32,000 bases of DNA, from positions 150,001-182,000 of the forward strand of contig JBAZMW010000003.1 in the NCBI GenBank assembly GCA_041649575.1. The letters are read 5' to 3'. Each line of letters opens with the position of its first letter. Within the stretch, counting starts at the first letter, position 1. Both the position numbers and the translations under genes were made by a program. This document shows, one piece after another, positions 21,641-28,983 of this stretch. The notes under the pieces are model-generated. The model worked only from the letters and a program-made list of their open reading frames with translations, was not told where the DNA came from and did not search any database. Source of the stretch: Patescibacteria group bacterium (GTDB lineage: Bacteria > Patescibacteriota > Patescibacteriia > 2-01-FULL-39-33).

Positions 21641-22369
21641 TTATCCTCTGCCACCGCCGACCAGTGCGCGTAACGCGTTGAACATGCCATCAGCCACTTG
21701 TGTCCTTCGCGTATCCATGGACTCAAGCATGGCATCGATCCTGTCGAAGCCGTCTCGACCGTACTCAAGAAGTGTTGGGCCATAGAATAGCCGCGTGAAC
21801 AGTTCATTACCGACAAAACTCCATTCGGTGTAAGGCGTCTCTGAGTAACCGTCAGAGTTGTCGTGGATGTCGAAAACCCTGTTGGTGTGCGTACCGGCGA
21901 TGAGAATATCGCCACCCTCGACTTGTCCGGTTACAGTCACCAACGCCTGTTGAAGCCTCTCCATAAAATACTCCTGGTACCACTCCCTGACTTTCGTCAG
22001 GACAATGTTTCTCGATTCCTCCGGAAGATTGGTGACAATGTGCCCGGTCTGCCTCGGACTGAGCCTGACCATCGAGTTGCTGCTCAACTTGTCCAAGAAC
22101 ACGCCCAGACCGATGTTCAACCAGAGGCCATCCGTGAGGTTGAGAATGGGAGAGTTGATGATAAAGATGTGTGTCCTAGCTTGATCTGGGTCCTGGGCAA
22201 TTCGACGAATGACCTCCAGTCCGTCTTGTTGGTTGAGACAAAGGTGGGGACGAAAACAGCTTTCTTTCGCTTGCACTAGGGCAGCAATTCCCCTGTTAAG
22301 ATCCTGGTGCAACTGTGACCGGTCGTCAAAGTCAACCAGTAGGGTGTGGCTTTTCTTCTGATCCGACAT
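21641..22369 (-). CDS. GC-rich hypothetical cytoplasmic protein (cassette B), 242 aa
   Basis: GAGGAG lies 6 nt before ATG 22369. No TM segment. The N-terminal half alternates beta/alpha like a Rossmann/receiver-type fold (TLLVDFDD ... HIFIINSPILNLTDGLW), but this is only a weak resemblance. Hairpin plus T-run terminator at about 21572-21613 (minus). Confidence 0.65.
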   Translation of the reverse strand: MSDQKKSHTLLVDFDDRSQLHQDLNRGIAALVQAKESCFRPHLCLNQQDGLEVIRRIAQDPDQARTHIFIINSPILNLTDGLWLNIGLGVFLDKLSSNSMVRLSPRQTGHIVTNLPEESRNIVLTKVREWYQEYFMERLQQALVTVTGQVEGGDILIAGTHTNRVFDIHDNSDGYSETPYTEWSFVGNELFTRLFYGPTLLEYGRDGFDRIDAMLESMDTRRTQVADGMFNALRALVGGGRG

Positions 22370-22412
22370 ATTCTTCTCCTCGATGTTGACCAAAGAATGT
22401 ACGATTGTTAAA

Positions 22413-22441
22413 AAGGTATACTAAATTAAGTATTTTGTCAA
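22413..22441 (-). promoter_or_regulatory. Candidate promoter of cassette B
   Basis: On the minus strand: TTGACA (22436-22441), a 17-nt spacer, then TACCTT (22413-22418). The -10 is weak. Confidence 0.35.
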
Positions 22442-22471
22442 ATACTAAAACATAATAACTCATTATTACTA

Positions 22472-22500
22472 TTGACAAGCCTAATATCTTGTGCTAAACT
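22472..22500 (+). promoter_or_regulatory. Promoter of cassette C (TTGACA-17-TGcTAAACT)
   Basis: ttgaca at 22472-22477, taaact at 22495-22500. Shares the upstream tactattgaca with the promoters at 19704 and 27972. Confidence 0.65.
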
Positions 22501-22579
22501 TACCAGTTATCGATTTTGAGTCAGTACTTTGTGTAGAGCACGACAAACCGGTTCCGTGACATGAACAGGAGGACGACCA

Positions 22580-22957
22580 GTGAAAAACCACAATAGTTAT
22601 GCCACTTACCAACCGAGCGACCAGCGGCTTCGCGAAGCCGACCACTGGGAGGTCTGGGATAAGCTACCGCCCGAGCTCAAGTTTGAGGCAGTGGCGGCTC
22701 GCGACCCCTCTCTGACCGCTCTGTGTGCCCGAGACAAGGGCGTGTACGTCTGGGTATTCCCGCACGCTGTACCTTCGGTCCAAAGTGGCATTGGACCATT
22801 CATGGCTCTAGGGTCGCGACGCGGCAAGGATCGCATGGACTTCATCGTGACAACTCCTTCGGCGGATGACCCCATCGCGTTCGCCAAAGCCGAGAATGCG
22901 AGAAAGCTGAGGGAGCTGTCAAAGGGCGCCAAGGGTCCGAAGAACCATCAGAAATGA
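22580..22957 (+). CDS. GC-rich hypothetical protein (cassette C), 125 aa
   Basis: AGGAGG lies 7 nt before GTG 22580. No TM segment and no recognisable motif. Weak hairpin terminator at 22995-23025. Confidence 0.6.
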   Translation: MKNHNSYATYQPSDQRLREADHWEVWDKLPPELKFEAVAARDPSLTALCARDKGVYVWVFPHAVPSVQSGIGPFMALGSRRGKDRMDFIVTTPSADDPIAFAKAENARKLRELSKGAKGPKNHQK

Positions 22958-23114
22958 GATGGGCGGTCGTCAAAGCCGCTACCGTCTCAACAACGCCGCA
23001 TCAGCTACCTGGTGCGGCCGTTTTAAATAATAATTTTGTTATACAGATACCAAAAGAGTTAATTTCCATCCACTCCAGAGTCCTCCGCCTAAGCTAAAGT
23101 TTTGGCGGACAAGT

Positions 23115-23190
23115 AAAACCTGCCTTGACTCGCGTCAGGCCTGGCGTCGCCGAAGGCTATGCCAAAGGCGCGTGAGGCAGGTCGTCCCGC
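23115..23190 (+). repeat. GC-rich intergenic element, copy X
   Basis: aaaacctgccttgactc...gaggcaggtcgtcccgc. The outer stem cctgcc (23119-23124) / ggcagg (23176-23181) encloses short GC hairpins. Homologous to 24196-24243. Confidence 0.6.
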
Positions 23191-23304
23191 AAGTCTCGGC
23201 AAAATAAACTCAGGACTCAATCACTTCCAAATCAATAAAATTTGCAAAAAGCGCTTTATATTTGATATAATAAAAACACGACTTAAAAAATAATTTATCT
23301 AACT

Positions 23305-23508
23305 ATGCAAAAAATAGCTACAAGCATCTTTATCTTCGCGTCAATTGTTTTCGGCGTTATAGGAATTTTAGTAGTTTTAACAATGCCAGGACCCGGCAGA
23401 ACGAATTCGGATCTGAATGAATTATTTATTAGGCTTCTGTTCGCGACTGCCTTTATTATACTGCCTTCATTTGCATTAAGCATCGCCGGTAAGTATCTAA
23501 AAAAATAG
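23305..23508 (+). CDS. Small two-TM membrane protein, hypothetical (AT-rich)
   Basis: 67-aa ORF with two hydrophobic helices. Upstream: TTGCAA, an 18-nt spacer, then TGaTATAAT (23242-23271). No SD. Confidence 0.5.
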   Translation: MQKIATSIFIFASIVFGVIGILVVLTMPGPGRTNSDLNELFIRLLFATAFIILPSFALSIAGKYLKK

Positions 23509-23745
23509 ATTCCGATTTTAAACTTCCTTAGTCCAGTCTTTATATCAGATGTTCTTCTTTTTTTAATTCCATTGGAATATCAACAATACCCCCGTGCTCT
23601 TAAAAAATTTACAATCTCAAAATTAATAAAAAAATCCCCATCAATGGGGGTATTTTTATTTTCTGTCTTCTCTGGCGCCTATAATTACTGCCGCTATTAC
23701 CAAAATTGTTAAAACCATAACTCCAAACAACATCATACCAAAATT

Positions 23746-24117
23746 TTACTTAATCTGTTTTTTCTTTTTAAACCAGCCGACGAGAAACAAGATGCCGATC
23801 AAAAACGCGACGCCGGAAAATTGTGCCGCCCATAATAATAAATACCACTCGAATTGATTTCTCGCTAGCGCGGCCAGATACAACGCGCCAGCTAAAATAA
23901 AAATAGTTCCCCCAACAATTTCATATTTCCAAGAGATTATCAGAATAACCAGCAGCACCAAGGCGGGAATATTGTGCATGAACAAACCGACAACCGTTCC
24001 CCAGAAACCCAGCTTCATATCGAAAATGTCCAGCGAAAACAACATCAAAAACAAAATAAACAAAATCGACAATATCCTTGGAATCCAATATATAAATCTA
24101 TTAACATTATTCCTCAT
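23746..24117 (-). CDS. Four-TM membrane protein, hypothetical (AT-rich)
   Basis: 123-aa ORF with four hydrophobic segments and a Lys-rich C-terminus. An extended -10 TGgTATAAT (24155-24163, minus) lies upstream. Confidence 0.65.
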   Translation of the reverse strand: MRNNVNRFIYWIPRILSILFILFLMLFSLDIFDMKLGFWGTVVGLFMHNIPALVLLVILIISWKYEIVGGTIFILAGALYLAALARNQFEWYLLLWAAQFSGVAFLIGILFLVGWFKKKKQIK

Positions 24118-24195
24118 ATTTATTGTTTTATTTATATAATCAGTCTTTGAGTTTATTATACCACTTCCTGCCCGTCTCGCCCAATCCGGAATTTT

Positions 24196-24243
24196 AAAAC
24201 CCGCCCCGACTCAACGAGGCTGGTGCGAGGCAGGTTGTCCCGC
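24196..24243 (+). repeat. GC-rich intergenic element, copy Y
   Basis: aaaacccgccccgactc (14/17 vs X) and gaggcaggttgtcccgc (16/17 vs X). The cctgcc (24167-24172) / ggcagg pairing is retained. Confidence 0.6.
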
Positions 24244-24419
24244 GGTCAGAACAGCTGCCGGTCGGCGCCAAGGCGGCTGCTTTAAAAATTTTAATTTTTT
24301 GCAAGCTGCACCAATGAATGTTAAAAATATTTCTTAAAAATAAATCAACCTTAAAATTTCTGGTAAATGAAAAAGGCCACCGCGACGTGCGATGGGCCTG
24401 TAGTCACTTCGCCACCTGT

Positions 24420-25199
24420 TTAGGCGGCTTCGTAAAGGTTCTGGTTGTAGTACTCCAACCGCAGACGGCCACGGCTGCCCTCGCCCGGTACGCCGACATA
24501 CTTGGTGACGCCGCAGTTGCGAGGCTTTTGTTCTTCGTCCAGTACGATGAACTCCTCGGCCGAGAGACGTTCGTAGTTGGCGCGCAGAGCCAGAATGTTC
24601 AAGTGATGGGTGACGGCCAAAACCCTCTTGCCGGAAAATTCCCGGACCAGGGTGTTGGCCCAATCGCGGTTACGCTGGCGCACATCAGGAACATTCTCAC
24701 CCTGAGGGTAGCGATACCAGTAGCGACCCTCCAATTGATACAACGCGCGCTGTTCCGGATGAAGAGCAAAAAACACTCTCAAATCGTTGTAGACGTTGAC
24801 CAGGCCGTGTTCCTGTTCCCGAATCCTTTCCTCTTCGTAGTACTTCACTCCTGCCAACTCCGGCCAACCGGCAATTAGCCCCCGCCAGGTCGCCTGCGTG
24901 CGAGCGTAGGGAGAAACGAAGACTACATCAGGCAGGTCTTCTATCTTACTAAGCGCCAGCCCCGTCTTCGTTGCCCGCGTGGCTTCGGCATCAGCTAGAG
25001 GTGCATTGGCATCGCTTACACCGAGACGATACTTCTGCCACACCGCTATAGCCAATGCCCTACACCTATCAGTTTCTGGGTTTTCGTCATACTTTCTGAC
25101 GAACTGCCGATAAAGATCGTCCGCCTCCTTCATCCACTTGAGCTGGTTGTAGGCAGAAACATCGTGCCTTATGGCAATGATACAGGCTGGCCATTTCAT
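24420..25199 (-). CDS. Histidine phosphatase superfamily (phosphoglycerate-mutase-like) protein, GC-rich (cassette F)
   Basis: Branch-1 catalytic pattern: RH in IAIRHDVSAYN, R in SPYARTQAT, E in REQEHG, H in AVTHHLNI. GAAGGAGG lies upstream of ATG 25199. Terminator hairpin at 24368-24400 (minus). Confidence 0.75.
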   Translation of the reverse strand: MKWPACIIAIRHDVSAYNQLKWMKEADDLYRQFVRKYDENPETDRCRALAIAVWQKYRLGVSDANAPLADAEATRATKTGLALSKIEDLPDVVFVSPYARTQATWRGLIAGWPELAGVKYYEEERIREQEHGLVNVYNDLRVFFALHPEQRALYQLEGRYWYRYPQGENVPDVRQRNRDWANTLVREFSGKRVLAVTHHLNILALRANYERLSAEEFIVLDEEQKPRNCGVTKYVGVPGEGSRGRLRLEYYNQNLYEAA

Positions 25200-25379
25200 G
25201 GGCGTCAAGCCTCCTTCAAAAGTCACTCTCGCTGCTCTGGCAATCTGTCGTTACCGCCAGAAACCCAGAAATCCCTCTCGTCTATAAACCACATAAAGAA
25301 CGGTTCCAGTTCATCGATCGCGTCGCTCCAAACGTCCTAATATTAAACGTTCAATCTCCCTTGTGTTGGAGAATAAATT

Positions 25380-25408
25380 ATTTTATTATATAAATTCCTT
25401 TTTGTCAA
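25380..25408 (-). promoter_or_regulatory. Promoter of cassette F
   Basis: On the minus strand: TTGACA (25403-25408), a 17-nt spacer, then TAAAAT (25380-25385). A second TTGACA lies 7 nt further upstream. It predicts a leader of about 170 nt. Confidence 0.55.
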
Positions 25409-25422
25409 CTGTCAAATTTTCT

Positions 25423-25451
25423 AAAACCCTCCCGATTAATCGGGAGGGTTT
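25423..25451 (-). terminator. Terminator of the pilin-like gene
   Basis: ccctcccg-attaat-cgggaggg flanked by A and T runs. Confidence 0.75.
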
Positions 25452-25475
25452 CAATTTTCAAACTCCGAGTTGCTT

Positions 25476-25991
25476 TTATTTTATTCCCAAAATTTCAAAA
25501 ATCATTTTCAGAATAACATAGGAGAGAAAAATAATCACCAGGCCGGCAATCGCCCAGATCATGGTGTTTTTGCCTTTAGTCACCCGGCCGGAATCGCCGC
25601 CGGAAACCATCCAGAGCAAGCCGCCGTAAATGAAAGCGATCAAAGCCAAGACTCCGGTGAACCCCAAGGCGGCGGTGATAATGTTTTTGGTGATGACTTG
25701 CACCGCCTCAATGCCTTTTTTGCCGCCGGTAATGCCCTCCAGGGGATCTTTCAGACTCTGGGCCGAACCAGCGCTGCCGCCAGAAACACCTGTACCTTCT
25801 GGAGCGGAAACACCTGTACCTTCGGCGACACATTCCCCAACCTCAGAAAAAGGGTCGGCAAAACTACAGATTTGACCAGGGCCGCAATCGGCTTTAGTAG
25901 TACAAGCTAAAACGATATTAGTGAGAGATAAAAATAAAAAAACAGAAAAACCAAAGAATGTTAATATCAACCAACCGCTTTTTCTTTTCAT
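25476..25991 (-). CDS. T4SS-pilin-like (VirB2/TrbC-like) small secreted membrane protein of the type common in CPR genomes
   Basis: N-terminal signal/TM segment, a Cys-containing region, a Gly/Ser/Thr linker, then two C-terminal TM helices with GGLLWMVSGGDSGRVTKGKNTMIWAIAGLVII. The family name is from memory (PF18895-like). Confidence 0.65.
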   Translation of the reverse strand: MKRKSGWLILTFFGFSVFLFLSLTNIVLACTTKADCGPGQICSFADPFSEVGECVAEGTGVSAPEGTGVSGGSAGSAQSLKDPLEGITGGKKGIEAVQVITKNIITAALGFTGVLALIAFIYGGLLWMVSGGDSGRVTKGKNTMIWAIAGLVIIFLSYVILKMIFEILGIK

Positions 25992-26061
25992 AATATGTTA
26001 TTAAATGGTATATATTAATTCAATTATAGCTAATGGCAAAAATAAAGTAAATAACAATTTT

Positions 26062-26107
26062 AACAAAAAGAAAAACGGCCCGAGTTGCGCGATGCAACCC
26101 TGGCCGT
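26062..26107 (-). terminator. Terminator of the three-gene GC-rich operon
   Basis: On the minus strand: aacggcc-agggttgcatcgcgcaactcg-ggccgtt followed by tttttcttttt. Confidence 0.7.
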
Positions 26108-26152
26108 TGTAGAACCGGTTGGAATTGGAATAGGTGGGTGATACAAGGCCGA

Positions 26153-26740
26153 CTATGAGAAGCGTATTCTCCTGATATGGACCTCTCCAATGGAGAGGCC
26201 GTGGAGAACCAGCTGACCCTCACCGTCGATCTTGATCACCTCGTCGCTGGCGATCGTCTGATAACCGCCCGCCTTCTGCTTGATCTTGAAAGGAGCGGTT
26301 ACGCGACTAAACTCCACGACGTCACCCGGGAAGATGGCCAGGCCGGAGCTGATCGGCTTACCAGGGCAGAACTTGATGTCCCTTTCCTCCACCGATCTGA
26401 TCGTCTTGGCCTTGGGCAACGAGGGCAAGCGAATGGCGCTGACTTTCGCCGCCACCTTCGCCTTGGCGTCGACCAGGTACGCGGGACGATAGATCGTCAC
26501 CAGGACCAAGGCCAGGCCTAGTCCAGCAGTGACGTAGAAAGCCTTTTTCTTGCCCATGGCCTCCCAGACGATCCCGCCGATACCCAGAAAAATCATCAGG
26601 GCAATAGTCGCCTGAATCGGAATCCTCGCATGCTGGTCGTCTTCCTGTGACCAGAAGAAGACGCCCAGGATAATCCCGATAACTACGGCGAAGGCAATCA
26701 CCTTGCCAACCTTCTTAAGAAAACCCCAGGCTTCCTTCAT
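26153..26740 (-). CDS. Hypothetical 3-TM protein with a C-terminal beta-rich domain of about 85 aa (operon gene 3)
   Basis: The ATG at 26740 overlaps the upstream stop (ATGA). GGAAGGAGG lies 7 nt upstream. TM helices at VIAFAVVIGIILGVFFW, ATIALMIFLGIGGIVW and AFYVTAGLGLALVLVTIY. Confidence 0.65.
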   Translation of the reverse strand: MKEAWGFLKKVGKVIAFAVVIGIILGVFFWSQEDDQHARIPIQATIALMIFLGIGGIVWEAMGKKKAFYVTAGLGLALVLVTIYRPAYLVDAKAKVAAKVSAIRLPSLPKAKTIRSVEERDIKFCPGKPISSGLAIFPGDVVEFSRVTAPFKIKQKAGGYQTIASDEVIKIDGEGQLVLHGLSIGEVHIRRIRFS

Positions 26741-27309
26741 GGCAGCATCCTCCTTCCTAGTAGCTTCCGCAAGATTTCGACTATGCCTTGGCCAGCCAGT
26801 TCGGACTTCAGATCCTTCCAGAATGTCCAACTCCCGGCACCCGTGGCACTTCCGGCACCACCAGCACTTCCGCTGACCGTACCACGTTTGGTAGCACCGG
26901 CCAGGGTATTGTGTATAGCGTCAGCCAGCTCTTCGCGAAAGCTGAGTATCAGATACACAATGGCTACTGGCCAAGTGAAGAAGGCCGCCTTCCACCACCA
27001 CCATGACGGACAGTTATTGGCCGGTGACGGTGGCGTCTCATAGCCAAACACTTTGTCGAGCTGATGGAATATGTCTCGGCTGGCCGAGAAGAATAGCCCT
27101 TCGCCAAAGCCAACGAAGAATGCTTCCGCCGTGAAGACGATGGCGACGATAACCAGTCCGCAGGCACGGTAGTTATTGTTATACACCAGCCGCGCCGCCA
27201 GGTAGCCACAGTCGTAACTGATTCTCTCTGTCGTCATGCATGCCAGAAAGAGAAACAGCCCGACCGCTCCCGCCAAGAAGGCGAGATTGAGTATTATCCA
27301 GTTGATCAT
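26737..27309 (-). CDS. Hypothetical 3-TM protein with a WWWW motif and a Gly/Ser-rich amphipathic tail (operon gene 2)
   Basis: The ATG at 27309 overlaps the upstream stop (ATGA). AAGGAGA lies upstream. Confidence 0.65.
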   Translation of the reverse strand: MINWIILNLAFLAGAVGLFLFLACMTTERISYDCGYLAARLVYNNNYRACGLVIVAIVFTAEAFFVGFGEGLFFSASRDIFHQLDKVFGYETPPSPANNCPSWWWWKAAFFTWPVAIVYLILSFREELADAIHNTLAGATKRGTVSGSAGGAGSATGAGSWTFWKDLKSELAGQGIVEILRKLLGRRMLP

Positions 27310-27809
27310 GACCGCGTCTCCTTTCTGTTCTTCTCTGCCTTGGGCCGTATTACCCCACGACGAACCAGTTCGTATTCGCGAACTTCCCTAAATGCGCCCC
27401 AAAAACCACCCATGTAGGACTTCTTGAATCTCGGTCCCAATATCGTGACGGTCTTGGTGTTCGCCTGGCTGCCCTTGTCCCTGAAGGTGAACATTTCACG
27501 TTTACCTCTGACTTGGTGCTCGTGGTGCCCACTTCCCTTTTCATCGGTAATGATGATCTTCTTCTTCCCGTCGTGGAGCATCACGATTTCGGTGCGTGGA
27601 ATGGGTCGACCATCCTCGGTGAACTGAACGACGAATGCGGTTTGGCCGTCATCGTCCGTGTCAAAGGTCACCTCAATATCGTACTCCGCAGCCGCCGGCT
27701 TCTTCTCTTCTTTCTTGGAATCGCCTCTCGACTGGCCGCACTTCACGCACCTACCGGCCTTGAAGAAATTCACATTTCCACAGCCGCACGTCCAACTCTC
27801 GTTTGCCAT
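27306..27809 (-). CDS. Hypothetical soluble protein with an N-terminal Cys4 zinc ribbon (operon gene 1)
   Basis: AGGAGA lies 8 nt before ATG 27809. The N-terminus WTCGCGNVNFFKAGRCVKCG is followed by a Lys/Glu linker and a beta-rich domain. The longer track ORF (to 27908) lacks an SD. Confidence 0.65.
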   Translation of the reverse strand: MANESWTCGCGNVNFFKAGRCVKCGQSRGDSKKEEKKPAAAEYDIEVTFDTDDDGQTAFVVQFTEDGRPIPRTEIVMLHDGKKKIIITDEKGSGHHEHQVRGKREMFTFRDKGSQANTKTVTILGPRFKKSYMGGFWGAFREVREYELVRRGVIRPKAEKNRKETRS

Positions 27810-27943
27810 GGCCTTACTCTCCTTTCCTAATCCAACCGTTCTGTTAAAGAACTGGGCTGGAAACCGTTTTCCCTTGTTATACCCCTCTTCGCCTTGAAAA
27901 GGAGTCATTTCAGGGGAAAGCCGTTCCTCCAGCCTAACATATA

Positions 27944-27972
27944 ATTATAGCATACTATCAATATTTTGTCAA
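27944..27972 (-). promoter_or_regulatory. Consensus promoter P_J (TTGACA-17-TGcTATAAT) of the three-gene operon
   Basis: On the minus strand: ttgaca at 27967-27972 and tataat at 27944-27949, spacer 17 nt. Near-identical to P_A. Confidence 0.75.
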
Positions 27973-28045
27973 TAGTAAATTAAATAAATAAAAATAGCTA
28001 AATTTAGCTAAAAACTTAAAACGCAAAGGTTAAAAAAATATAGAG

Positions 28046-28882
28046 TTAATCTTCTGCTTTAGGTTTTGAATTTTTACGCCTCGACTCGCCGAAGGCGAGA
28101 CAAGTAGCTTTGACTTTCAATATCCCTACGCCAGCTATGATTAATAGAACACTGATTATTTGCGGCAGCCTGATTCCCCACCACAGAGCCGTCTCGTCGA
28201 TACGGATAAACTCCATAAAAAATCTGATCAGCCCATAGCCGATAAAATAAATGGCCAAGAGCGACCCTGGCCGGCAGTTGTTTTTTCTGGCCAAAAGAAA
28301 CAAGATCAAAAACAAAACAAAATCCAAAACAGATTCATACAAAAAAGCGGGCTGGAAATATCGGTTTGACAAAAAAATTTCCGGACGATTTTTCGGTTCG
28401 ATGGGAATGCCCCAGGGCAAGTTGGTGGGCCGACCAAACAACTCTTGATTGAAATAATTGCCCCAGCGGCCAATGGCCTGGCCCAGGGCCAGAGCGGGAG
28501 CAGCCAAGTCGACTACTTGCCAAAAGGAAATTTTCTTTTTTCGGCTCCAAAAAATTACCACGATGATGCCGCCAATAATGGCGCCATGAATCGCCAGGCC
28601 GCCTTGCCAAATTTTAAAAATCTCCGGCAAGTTGTGACTGTAATAGGACCAATCCAAAACAAAAACCTGATAAAGACGGGCGCCCAAAATACCGCCGACA
28701 GCCAGCCAAAGGCCCAGGTCTAAAGCCAGCTCAAATTTTAGGCCTCTTCTTTTGGCCAGAGAGCCGGCGACCAGAATGCCCAGAAGCAAGCCCAAGACGA
28801 TTATCAGACCATACCAGCGAAACGAGAGCGGCCCAAACTGGAAGATAATCGGCTGCGGATAAAAATAATGAAAAAAATTCAT
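28046..28882 (-). CDS. lgt: Prolipoprotein diacylglyceryl transferase
   Basis: GPLSFRWYGL, GARLYQV, WQGGLAIHGAIIGG and GQAIGRWGNYFNQELFGRPTNLPWGI. An extended -10 TGtTATACT ends 7 nt before the ATG, so the transcript may be leaderless. Confidence 0.9.
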   Translation of the reverse strand: MNFFHYFYPQPIIFQFGPLSFRWYGLIIVLGLLLGILVAGSLAKRRGLKFELALDLGLWLAVGGILGARLYQVFVLDWSYYSHNLPEIFKIWQGGLAIHGAIIGGIIVVIFWSRKKKISFWQVVDLAAPALALGQAIGRWGNYFNQELFGRPTNLPWGIPIEPKNRPEIFLSNRYFQPAFLYESVLDFVLFLILFLLARKNNCRPGSLLAIYFIGYGLIRFFMEFIRIDETALWWGIRLPQIISVLLIIAGVGILKVKATCLAFGESRRKNSKPKAED

Positions 28883-28900
28883 ATCTTAAAGTATAACAGA

Positions 28901-28939
28901 AAAATAAAAAAAATCGACCCCCGAACCGGAGTTCGGGGG
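28901..28939 (-). terminator. Terminator of the small GC-rich unit upstream of lgt
   Basis: On the minus strand: cccccgaac-tccg-gttcggggg followed by tcgattttttttattttt. Confidence 0.8.
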
Positions 28940-28983
28940 AATTAAAGCTTTGACCAAAGAAGTTCGCTTGGAGCAGTACAGGA

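Noticed and set aside
24318-24878. A 186-aa plus-strand ORF and a 109-aa minus-strand ORF overlapping the histidine phosphatase gene.
   Set aside because: These are antisense or off-frame shadows in GC-rich DNA. Only the 24420-25199 frame carries recognisable catalytic motifs and an SD.
19866-25823. Short tandem repeats (15-nt x2 at 19866, the AP-coding tract at 20518, 24-nt period at 25783) as possible CRISPR or minisatellite arrays.
   Set aside because: There are only two to a few copies, they lie inside ORFs and in frame, they have no spacer architecture, and no cas genes are present.
20940-27972. An intact prophage or integrative element inserted at tRNA-Asp.
   Set aside because: att-like repeats exist. 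However, I find no integrase or recombinase, capsid, terminase, replication or conjugation ATPase genes. The GC-rich units are interrupted by AT-rich native-looking genes. At most these are decayed remnants.
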